From contig JBMFSH010000006.1 in the NCBI GenBank assembly GCA_049967655.1, positions 1 to 64,000 of the forward strand: 64,000 nucleotides of DNA. Reading direction: 5' to 3'. The translations under genes and the position numbers were made by a program. Shown piece after piece: positions 1 through 8,334 of the stretch. A model generated the notes under the pieces. It made no database searches and had not been told where the DNA came from. It saw only the letters and a program-made list of their open reading frames with translations. Each line of letters starts with the position of its first letter. The first letter of the stretch is position 1. This stretch comes from Acidobacteriota bacterium. Its GTDB lineage: Bacteria > Acidobacteriota > UBA4820 > DSQY01.

Positions 1-7
1 TGGGGGG

Positions 8-105
8 GGCAAGGCCATGGCCCTCCCCGTCCAGGAGACAACGCCTTTCCCCGGTGAACCCGAGCGGCAGCCGAAGGCACCCGTGTTTCCATCGCGGAAT
101 TTGGG
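8..105 (-). repeat. Dispersed intergenic repeat, copy A (~98 bp)
   Basis: Reverse complement matches 49809-49906 with 4 mismatches; its first 64 nt also match 18570-18633. Confidence 0.9.
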
Positions 106-142
106 GCACTGCTGCCTGGGGTGCGAGGGCGGCCGATGGGGG

Positions 143-763
143 CTATTTGATGACCTTCGCCTTGAGGGTGACCTTGCCCTCTTTGGTCTGGACCGAGAAG
201 GCTACGTCCGAGCCTTTGTACTTCTGGAGGATGGCCGCCTTCTGCTGGGCGAGATGCTGCTCGAAGGAGGCGAGATCCCACTTGGGCACTTCGCCCTCCC
301 TGAGCTTGGCGTTGACGAACTCCTCGAAGAGTGCCCGGTTGGGGTGTCCGCCTCCCGCGGGCGCCCGTTTCTCGGGGGCAGGCACCGGAGGCGGCGGCTC
401 GGGGCCGGAGGCCGGAGGGAGGGCATGGCCCCTTTCCAGCTCCTGCAACTCCCGCTTGGCTCGTCGGACAGACGCCAGCAAACGCGGGTCCTGGACCAGC
501 CCGTCCTCCCTGGCCCTCATCCACTTGTTCCACTGCTCGCACCGCATGACATAGCTGCTGTTGAAGGTGGAGAAGCGGAACTGCTGGGCGAGCCTGGGAA
601 GGCTGGCGTTTCCGTAGGTCCTCACCAGCGCGTCCAGCTCCTTCTGCTCCTTGCGGGGAGGGTCACGCCGCGCTCCGGCGAAGTAGAGGTCGTATTCGTG
701 CTTCAGGATGTTCAGCAGGGTCTCCATCCGCTGGATGTCCCGTTCGAAATCCATCTCGGGCAT
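143..763 (-). CDS. MXAN_5187 C-terminal domain-like protein
   Basis: N-terminal YDLYFAG..RDPP and QFRFSTF motifs; C-terminal VAFSVQTKEGKVTLKAK resembles this family. Confidence 0.7.
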   Translation of the reverse strand: MPEMDFERDIQRMETLLNILKHEYDLYFAGARRDPPRKEQKELDALVRTYGNASLPRLAQQFRFSTFNSSYVMRCEQWNKWMRAREDGLVQDPRLLASVRRAKRELQELERGHALPPASGPEPPPPVPAPEKRAPAGGGHPNRALFEEFVNAKLREGEVPKWDLASFEQHLAQQKAAILQKYKGSDVAFSVQTKEGKVTLKAKVIK

Positions 764-862
764 GTTCCGTCCCTCTCCCTGTAGGCACTTTAAGCCAGAG
801 GGCCCTCCTCTTCAAGGTTACCGATTATTTCCCCCACGTCATCGGCCTTTTCGGTGCCCGGC

Positions 863-892
863 TTGACACCCCAGCCGGCCAATTGCTAGATT
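863..892 (+). promoter_or_regulatory. Putative sigma70-type promoter of gdhA
   Basis: TTGACA, 18-nt spacer, TAGATT preceded by TGn. Confidence 0.5.
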
Positions 893-1107
893 CACCTTTC
901 TGGAGGGGGGGAATACCGAAGCCCTTATGTCGAGGAGGCTCGTTGGGGTCGGTGGGGGTGGACGAGGAGCGGGGCCACCTTTCGGATTCTGCTTCTGCGA
1001 CAGATCGGTCCCCTTGGCCTCGGCTGCTCGTGCGTGAAGAACACGTTCTGCTAGAACCGCTACGCCTGGTGCCCGGATCGTGGTGATCCGGACCGCAAAG
1101 GAGAACA

Positions 1108-2397
1108 GTGATGACGACCAAGCCCTTCAACCCGTTTGAGATGGCCCAGCAGCAATTCGACGCCGTGGCGGAGAAGCTGGGGCTGGACCAGGCCACTCGC
1201 GACCTGCTGCGCACACCGCTTCGTGAATACCACTTCAACATCCCGGTCCGCATGGACGACGGATCGTACAAGGTCTTTCACGGCTTCCGCATCCAGCACA
1301 ACGACGCCCGAGGCCCGTGCAAGGGCGGCATCCGCTTCCACCCCCACGAGACCGTGGACACGGTGCGCGCCCTGGCCACGTGGATGACCTGGAAGTGCGC
1401 CGTGGTGGACATCCCCCTGGGCGGCGGCAAGGGCGGCGTCATCTGCGACCCGCACAACCTCTCTGACCGCGAGCAAGAGGGCATCTGCCGCGGCTGGGTG
1501 CGCCAGGTGGCCCGCAACGTGGGCCCCACGCAGGACGTCCCCGCGCCAGATGTGATGACCAATGGGCAGCACATGCTGTGGATGATGGACGAACTCGAGA
1601 AGATCCGCGGCGAGAAGCTGCCCGGCTTCATCACGGGCAAGCCCGTTGGCATGGGCGGCTCCCTCGGACGCACCGAGGCCACCGGCCACGCCGTCATCTA
1701 CACCGTCCGCGAGGCCATGAAGGAGCTGGGTATCGACATCACTAAAGCCACGGCCTCCATCCAGGGCTCGGGCAACGTGGCCCAGTACGCTGTGGACCTC
1801 TTCACGCAGTACGGCGGCAAGGTCGTCGCCATCGCCTGCTGGGACAACAACGACAAGAAGGCCTACACCTATCGTTCCGAGGCGGGCATCCAATTTGACC
1901 AGCTCATGGCCGCCGTGGACAAATTCGGCACCATCAGCCCCGCCAAGGCCAAGGAGTACGGCTGGCAGCAACTGCCCGGCGATGCCTGGATCGAGCAGGA
2001 GGTGACCCTCCTCATCCCGGCCGCCCAGGAAGGCATGATCACCGGCGACAACGTGGGCAAGATCAAACCGTCCGTGAAGATCATCGCGGAGGGCGCCAAC
2101 GGCCCCACCACGGTGGATGCCGACAAGGTCCTCTTCGAGCGCGGCATCTTCGTGATTCCCGACTTCCTCTGCAACGCCGGCGGCGTGACCTGCTCCTACT
2201 TCGAGCAGGTGCAGTGCAACATGAATTACTACTGGGAAAAGGAGGAGGTCTTGCAGAAGCTCGACCAGAAGATGACGAGCGCCTTCAAGGCCGTCTCCAA
2301 GCTCCACAGGGACAAAAAGATCTACATGCGCGACGCGGCCTACATGATCGCCGTCTCGCGCGTGGCCGAGGCCTGCAAGGTGCGCGGCTGGGTGTAG
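1108..2397 (+). CDS. gdhA: Glutamate dehydrogenase (Glu/Leu/Phe/Val dehydrogenase family), catalytically intact
   Basis: GPCKGGIRF, MTWK, GGGKGG, PAPD, QGSGNVA, EGANGP, PDFLCNAGGV; strongly biased codons; start GTG 1108 or ATG 1111. Confidence 0.93.
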   Translation: MMTTKPFNPFEMAQQQFDAVAEKLGLDQATRDLLRTPLREYHFNIPVRMDDGSYKVFHGFRIQHNDARGPCKGGIRFHPHETVDTVRALATWMTWKCAVVDIPLGGGKGGVICDPHNLSDREQEGICRGWVRQVARNVGPTQDVPAPDVMTNGQHMLWMMDELEKIRGEKLPGFITGKPVGMGGSLGRTEATGHAVIYTVREAMKELGIDITKATASIQGSGNVAQYAVDLFTQYGGKVVAIACWDNNDKKAYTYRSEAGIQFDQLMAAVDKFGTISPAKAKEYGWQQLPGDAWIEQEVTLLIPAAQEGMITGDNVGKIKPSVKIIAEGANGPTTVDADKVLFERGIFVIPDFLCNAGGVTCSYFEQVQCNMNYYWEKEEVLQKLDQKMTSAFKAVSKLHRDKKIYMRDAAYMIAVSRVAEACKVRGWV

Positions 2398-2421
2398 ATT
2401 TCTGCGTCTTTTGCTCCTCTG

Positions 2422-2454
2422 AGGGGCCCGCCTTTGTCGGCGGGCCCCTTTTTT
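2422..2454 (+). terminator. Rho-independent terminator after gdhA
   Basis: aggggcccgcc-tttgtc-ggcgggcccct hairpin followed by a T run. Confidence 0.85.
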
Positions 2455-2536
2455 GCGCCCAGGCGCCCCGCCAGTTGCTGGCCCGGAGCACCGAGCTCCT
2501 GTATACTTCGGCCCATGGCAGAGGGGGAGGCGGTCC

Positions 2537-5293
2537 ATGACGGCAAAGAGCCGGGGCCAGGAGAGGCAGCTCCAGTGCCTGTTCCAGATAGCCGCCATCC
2601 TGGTGAACCCCGAATTCTCGATCCAGCAAGTCTTAGACCGGGTCATCAAGGCCCTGCCGCTGGGGCTTCGCCACCCGGAGGCCGGCCGGGTGAGGATCAC
2701 CCTGGGCGAACGGGTTTTCGAATCAGAAGGGTTTGAAGAGACCCCGTGGAAGCTGCGGGCGCACCTCGTGGTCCACGGGAAGCTTGCGGGCAAGCTGGAC
2801 GTCGTCTACCTGGAAAACCGCTCCCAATACGGGGAGAACCCCTTTCTTCTGGACGAGCGGAAGCTCGTGGAGATCACGGCGCAGAAGCTCGGCCCTGCCA
2901 TTGAAACGCGGGAGAAGGAGGGAGAACCCACCGGCTCTCCGGAAACGGCCTCCTCCACCGCCCCGGCCGACCACAAACCCGAGTGGCGAACGATTCTGGA
3001 CCTCATCCAGGAGACCGACAAGGCCCTCTACAAGCGCCTCGTCAGGAGGCTGATGAACCACTTGACCAAGCTGAACCTCCCCGCCATCCAGAAGATCATC
3101 ACCCGACTGGATCCGGCCGTCTACGCTGAAAGGGAACGCGATTCCTGGGGCTCCAACCAGCCGCTGCCCAAGCGGGACATAGCAGTCCTCGATACGGCCT
3201 TCGAGGAGGTCATCAGGGTCGCCTCCATCACCATCCAGGAGCCGGAGCTGGCCCGGCTGATCAAGCAGTGGATGAAGCAGGACAAACTCGGCTTCTTCGC
3301 CATGGCCATCGAAAGGCGGGATATTTCGCTCGTCGAGATCTCCGATATCGTGAACCGCTTCTGCAGGGACACCAAGGAGGAGGAGCACGCCCTGTCTCAC
3401 TCCGACGACATGAACGTGCGCGTGGCGCTGACCCGGCGCTTTCTCACCGACAGCCTCCCCTTCATCCGCGTCGCCAAGGAATACCTGACGGTGTACGATT
3501 TCGGCCGGATCCTGTCCAGGGTGGCAGGGCCCGGCCAGGGCAACGGGCGGCTGGGAGGCAAGGCGGCGGGGCTGATCCTAGCCGCGCACATCCTCGGCCG
3601 CGTCGGCAAGGACAATCCCCTGCTGTCCCGCTTCAAGGTGCCTCACACCTGGTACATCGCCTCGGACGGCATGTTCGACTTCGTCCACTACAACTCGCTC
3701 GAGGACCTTCAGAGCTTCAAGTTCTCCAGCATCAGCGAGGTCCGGCACAACTATCCGTACATTGAACAGGTGTTCAAGCACTCCTCCTTTTCCCTCGAGA
3801 TGCTCAACCAACTCAAGGTGGCCCTGGACGACCTGGGGGAGGGCCCTCTCATCGTCCGCTCCTCCAGCCTGCTGGAGGACAGCCTGGGCACGGCCTTTTC
3901 GGGAAAGTACCGCAGCCTCTTTCTGGCCAACACGGGCTCCAAGCAGGAGCGCCTGGAGGCCCTCACCGACGCCGTGGCCGAGGTGTACGCCTCGATCTTC
4001 GGGCCCGACCCCATTCAGTACCGCGCCGAGCGTGGCCTGCTGGACTTCATGGAGGAGATGGGGGTCATCATCCAGCGCGTCGTCGGGCGCAGGATAGGCA
4101 AGTACTTCTTCCCGGCCTTCGCCGGCGTGGCCTTCTCCACCAATGAATTCCGTTGGTCGCCAAGGATCAAGCGGGAGGACGGCATCCTCCGCATGGTCGC
4201 CGGGCTGGGCACCAGGGCCGTGGATCGGATTGGGGACGACTTCCCCGTCCTCGTGTCGCCGGGCCATCCCGATCTGAGGGTCAACGTGACGCCCGAGCAG
4301 GTCTTTCACTACGCGCAGCGGTACATCGACGTCATCAACCTGGAGACGGGGAGGTTCGAAACCGCGAGTATCGAGCGGATCTTCCAGGAGGTCGGGGAGG
4401 AGTTCCCTCTCCTTGAGCGCATCGTCTCCATCTACGACGGGAGCTCCCTGCGCAGACCCATGCCTGGCTTGTTGGATCCCCGCGGGAGCGATCTGGTGGT
4501 GACCTTCGCGGGACTCATCGAGAGCACCGATTTCGTCCCTCAGATGCGCGAGATCATGCGTACCCTCCAGGCCACCATCGGCATGCCCGTGGACCTGGAA
4601 TTCGCCCACGACGGGGAGTCGCTTCACCTCCTCCAGTGCCGGCCCCAGAGCAGGCTCGGCGACGAGGGCCCCGTCACGATCCCCCACTGGATTCCGGAAA
4701 AGCGCAAGCTCTTCTCGGCCAAGAAGTACGTGACCAACGGCCAGGTCGTCGGCGTCCGCTACATCGTTTACGTCGATCCCGAGGCCTATTCGAAGCTGCC
4801 GAGCCGGGACGACATGGTGCAGGTGGCCGACGCCATCAGCCGCCTCAACGGCATCCTCCCCCGTCGCTCCTTCATCCTCATGGGCCCCGGGCGCTGGGGA
4901 AGCCGGGGCGATATTACGCTGGGAGTGGGCGTCACCTACTCGGGCATCAACAACACGCAGATGCTGATCGAGATCGCCCGCCGCAAGGGAAGCTACGTTC
5001 CCGACCTCTCCTTCGGAACCCATTTTTTCCAGGACCTCGTCGAGGCTAAGATACGCTACTTGGCCCTCTTTCCAGACGAGGATGGGATCATCTTTAACGA
5101 GGGCTTCTTTCGCGAGGTCTCCAACATGCTTCCCGTCTTGCTGCCCGAATACGGCCACCTTCAGCACGTGATCAGGGTGATCGACGTCGAGCAGGCTTCC
5201 GGCGGGCTCGAACTCCAGGTGATGATGGACGGGATCAAGGAGCAGGCCCTGGGATTCCTGTCGGAGAAGAGCGCCCCGAATGTCTTTGCGTAG
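2537..5293 (+). CDS. PEP/pyruvate-binding domain (PPDK_N-like ATP-grasp) protein with N-terminal GAF-like domain
   Basis: LGGKAAGL, IVRSSSLLED, FSGKY, GLGTRAV, DLEFA, LLQCRP; C-terminal GPGRWGS and SFGTHFF; ATG 2537 follows GGAGG. Confidence 0.85.
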   Translation: MTAKSRGQERQLQCLFQIAAILVNPEFSIQQVLDRVIKALPLGLRHPEAGRVRITLGERVFESEGFEETPWKLRAHLVVHGKLAGKLDVVYLENRSQYGENPFLLDERKLVEITAQKLGPAIETREKEGEPTGSPETASSTAPADHKPEWRTILDLIQETDKALYKRLVRRLMNHLTKLNLPAIQKIITRLDPAVYAERERDSWGSNQPLPKRDIAVLDTAFEEVIRVASITIQEPELARLIKQWMKQDKLGFFAMAIERRDISLVEISDIVNRFCRDTKEEEHALSHSDDMNVRVALTRRFLTDSLPFIRVAKEYLTVYDFGRILSRVAGPGQGNGRLGGKAAGLILAAHILGRVGKDNPLLSRFKVPHTWYIASDGMFDFVHYNSLEDLQSFKFSSISEVRHNYPYIEQVFKHSSFSLEMLNQLKVALDDLGEGPLIVRSSSLLEDSLGTAFSGKYRSLFLANTGSKQERLEALTDAVAEVYASIFGPDPIQYRAERGLLDFMEEMGVIIQRVVGRRIGKYFFPAFAGVAFSTNEFRWSPRIKREDGILRMVAGLGTRAVDRIGDDFPVLVSPGHPDLRVNVTPEQVFHYAQRYIDVINLETGRFETASIERIFQEVGEEFPLLERIVSIYDGSSLRRPMPGLLDPRGSDLVVTFAGLIESTDFVPQMREIMRTLQATIGMPVDLEFAHDGESLHLLQCRPQSRLGDEGPVTIPHWIPEKRKLFSAKKYVTNGQVVGVRYIVYVDPEAYSKLPSRDDMVQVADAISRLNGILPRRSFILMGPGRWGSRGDITLGVGVTYSGINNTQMLIEIARRKGSYVPDLSFGTHFFQDLVEAKIRYLALFPDEDGIIFNEGFFREVSNMLPVLLPEYGHLQHVIRVIDVEQASGGLELQVMMDGIKEQALGFLSEKSAPNVFA

Positions 5294-5472
5294 GCAAAAT
5301 TCCCCACAGAGCTTGCACGGAGGAGCGGGGCTGACCATACTGAGCCCGTTTCGTCCGATTCTTCGGAGCACCGTCACCGTGATCGCGCAGGGTTGTGAGA
5401 GGCTGATCCACCCAGTGCGGCATTCTTGAGCCGCCGAATCGTTGGCCATTCCGGGTCGAGGCCGCGGATGAC

Positions 5473-6732
5473 TTGAACAGCGGAGGTTTGGCAGTGGACG
5501 TTCGAGACTGCTTCGAAAGGGCCGCCGATCTCGCGGGATTGTCCCCCGGCGTCCGGCGCCTGCTTGCCCTGCCCTGCGACGAGCTGACCCTCAACTTTCC
5601 CGTTAAGATGGACGACGAGTCGGTGGAGACCTTCCGTGGGTTTCGCGTGCACCACAACGACGCCCTCGGCCCCTACCTGGGAGGGCTCCGTTACCACCCC
5701 TCGGTGAGCCTCAAGGCCATGCGAACCCAGGCCGCCCAGCGCACCTGGCAGGCCGCCCTGGCGGGCCTGCCCTTTGGCGGCTCCATGGGGGGCATCCAAC
5801 TGGATCCCTCCCGTCACAGCCTATCGGAGCTGGAGCGGATCACGCGCCGCTTCGTGTTCGCCCTGGGCAACAACATCGGGCCGGACTACGACGTCCTCAC
5901 GACGGAGGTCAACACGAACAGCCAGATCATGAGCTGGGTCCTGGACACCTACTTTTCCACCGTGCCGCCCCAGGAGAGAAACCGCGCCTTCCCGGTGGTC
6001 ACCGGCAAGCCGCTGGAGGCGGGGGGGCTCCCGGGGCGAAACCGGGCGGTGGGGCTGGGCATGGCCATGCTCATCGAGCGCTGGGCGAGCGATCACGCCG
6101 TAGACCTTGCCGCCTCGACCTACACGCTCCAGGGATTCGGAACGGTAGGCTCCTCGGTGGCGCGGGTCCTCCAATCCAAGGGCGCCAGGTTGCTGGCCGT
6201 GGAGGACGTGACCGGAGCCGTATTCCATCCGGGCGGCATCGATGCGGAGGACCTGTTCACCTATTCCAGACGGCGCTTCGGTCTGCGGGGCTACCCGAGG
6301 GCGACCCCCCTCAGCCACGAGGCCTTCCTGCGCACTCCGGCCACGATCTTCATTCCGGCCGCCCTGGCCACGGGCTTCACGAGCGAGCTGCTAGGGCTCC
6401 TGGAGGTGCGCCTCGTGGCCGAGGGGGCTTGCATCCTGACCGAACCGGGAATGGACGACGTGCTCCGGCGGAAGGGGACGGACCTTCTGCCCGACGTGCT
6501 CTGCACCGCGGGAGGAGCTACCGCCAGCTACTTCGAGTGGCTCCAGAACAAGCGCGGCGAACGGTGGGAGCTCGAAGAGGTGGAAAGGCGCCTTCAGGAC
6601 ACGCTCTACCGCGCCTACGACCGGGTGGCGAGGGCCTCCCAGGAGTTCGGCGCCGATTGGAGAACCACCAGCGTGGCCCTCGCTCTGGGGGATCTGGAGG
6701 GGGTCTACAGGGATCGGGGATTCTTCCCCTGA
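5473..6732 (+). CDS. GDH-family paralog lacking catalytic lysines (probable pseudoenzyme)
   Basis: Full-length GDH similarity, but GPYLGG, TWQ and GGSMGG replace the Lys motifs; true start may be 5488 or 5494 after GGAGG. Confidence 0.85.
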   Translation: MNSGGLAVDVRDCFERAADLAGLSPGVRRLLALPCDELTLNFPVKMDDESVETFRGFRVHHNDALGPYLGGLRYHPSVSLKAMRTQAAQRTWQAALAGLPFGGSMGGIQLDPSRHSLSELERITRRFVFALGNNIGPDYDVLTTEVNTNSQIMSWVLDTYFSTVPPQERNRAFPVVTGKPLEAGGLPGRNRAVGLGMAMLIERWASDHAVDLAASTYTLQGFGTVGSSVARVLQSKGARLLAVEDVTGAVFHPGGIDAEDLFTYSRRRFGLRGYPRATPLSHEAFLRTPATIFIPAALATGFTSELLGLLEVRLVAEGACILTEPGMDDVLRRKGTDLLPDVLCTAGGATASYFEWLQNKRGERWELEEVERRLQDTLYRAYDRVARASQEFGADWRTTSVALALGDLEGVYRDRGFFP

Positions 6733-6745
6733 CGGGAGCCGTGCC

Positions 6746-7996
6746 ATGACGAGCTACGACGAAGCGCTCCGCCAGCTCAACCAAGCCGCCGAACGCATGG
6801 GCCTGGACCCGGACGTGCGCAAGATCCTTTCCCAGACCGCCAGCGAGATCACCGTGAACTTTCCCGTCAAGATGGACGACGGAGAGGTCCGCATGTTCAC
6901 CGGCCACCTGGCGCAGCACAACAACGTCCTCGGGCCCTTCGCAGGGGGGCTGCGCTACCAGGAGGCGGTGGACACGGACGACGTCAGGGCCCTGGCGATC
7001 CGGATGACCTGGAAACACGCCGTTCTCGGACTGCCCTTCGGCGGCGCCATGGGCGGTGTGGACGTGGACCCGCTGCGATGCTCTCCGGCCGAACTGGAGC
7101 GCGCCACCCGGCGCTTCACCTTCGGCCTGGGCGGCAATATCGGCCCCGAGTACGGCGTGCTCTGCCCCGAACTGGGCACCGACGGACAGATCATGGCCTG
7201 GATCCTGGATACCTACGCCTCCACCATGCCGCCCCACGAACGAAACCTCTGCCGCCACGTGGTCATGGGCAAGCCTGCGACCCTGGGAGGAAGCGCGGGG
7301 CGGGAGCAGGCGGCCGGCCAAGCCGTCGCGATCATGCTGGATGAGTGGGCGCGGAACGAACAGGTGGACCTGAGGCAGGCGACCTTTTTCGTCCAGGGCT
7401 TTGGAGCCACCAGCTCCTGGGCGGCCCGCCTCCTGGCCGAGCGCGGGGCGCGCCTCCTGGCCGTGGAGGATGCCAGCGGCGCCATCACCAACCCCGCCGG
7501 CATCGATCCCGGCGATCTGGACTCCTTTGCTCGCCAGCACGGGGGCGTCGGGGGCTATCCCCAAGCCTCCCCCACGGACCACGCCGGCTTCCTCTCCACA
7601 CGGGCGGACATCTTCATTCCCGCCTCACCGCAGAAGCCGGTCTCGATGGACTGCGCCTCCATGCTGAGGGTCCGGGTCGTGGCGGAGGGCGCCGACTCCC
7701 TCATCGACCGCGAGGCAGAGGCCCTGCTCCAGGAGAGGGGCATCCAGATCCTGCCGGACCTTCTCTGCCATTCGGGCGACACCATCGTCTACTATTACGA
7801 ATGGCTTCAAAACCGCAGAAGCGAAAGATGGGAGGCGGAGGAGGTCGGCTCAAAGATGCGCCGCCTCCTCCTATCGGTCTACGAAGAGGCCCGCGGCATC
7901 GCTTCCGAACTCCAGACCGACCTGCGCTCGGCCGCGCTCATAGCGGGTCTCCGCAGGATCGAAACGGCCTATCTCAAGCGGGGCATCTTCCCCTGA
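6746..7996 (+). CDS. Second GDH-family paralog lacking the catalytic lysine (probable pseudoenzyme)
   Basis: GPFAGG, GGAMGG, LCPE in place of PAPD, QGFGATS; C-terminal RGIFP. Confidence 0.85.
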   Translation: MTSYDEALRQLNQAAERMGLDPDVRKILSQTASEITVNFPVKMDDGEVRMFTGHLAQHNNVLGPFAGGLRYQEAVDTDDVRALAIRMTWKHAVLGLPFGGAMGGVDVDPLRCSPAELERATRRFTFGLGGNIGPEYGVLCPELGTDGQIMAWILDTYASTMPPHERNLCRHVVMGKPATLGGSAGREQAAGQAVAIMLDEWARNEQVDLRQATFFVQGFGATSSWAARLLAERGARLLAVEDASGAITNPAGIDPGDLDSFARQHGGVGGYPQASPTDHAGFLSTRADIFIPASPQKPVSMDCASMLRVRVVAEGADSLIDREAEALLQERGIQILPDLLCHSGDTIVYYYEWLQNRRSERWEAEEVGSKMRRLLLSVYEEARGIASELQTDLRSAALIAGLRRIETAYLKRGIFP

Positions 7997-8130
7997 GGCT
8001 GGCCCGTCGGCGGCAGGCGCCTTCCTCCGCTCCGCTCCGGAAGGCAGCCCCCTCAAGGGCGGGGCGGGGCCCCAGAGGGCCTTGCCCGTAGGAAGGAACC
8101 CTTAGCGCTCCACCCTCCACCCTCCCCACC

Positions 8131-8159
8131 GTTCCCATCCGGACCTTCCGGATGGGAAC
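8131..8159. other. Perfect 13-bp hairpin
   Basis: gttcccatccgga-cct-tccggatgggaac between the GDH paralogs and nrdJ. Confidence 0.6.
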
Positions 8160-8205
8160 TTGCTAGCGGGGCCTCCGAGCCTTTCTTCGAGGCTCTCCAG
8201 ACCCC

Positions 8206-8259
8206 TTGACACCCACTATATGTTGCGCTATATTAACCATGCTTAGCTAAATATGGTGG
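8206..8259 (+). promoter_or_regulatory. nrdJ promoter with tandem NrdR boxes
   Basis: TTGACA-17-TATATT; ccaCTATATGTTGcgc (8213-8228) and tagCTAAATATGGtgg (8244-8259) fit the NrdR consensus and are 31 bp apart. Confidence 0.85.
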
Positions 8260-8334
8260 TTCCATGGGCATAAGCCCTTTGGACACATGAACTTGGGATG
8301 CAGTGTCTCCACGAGAACAAGGGAGGTCAGTCGG

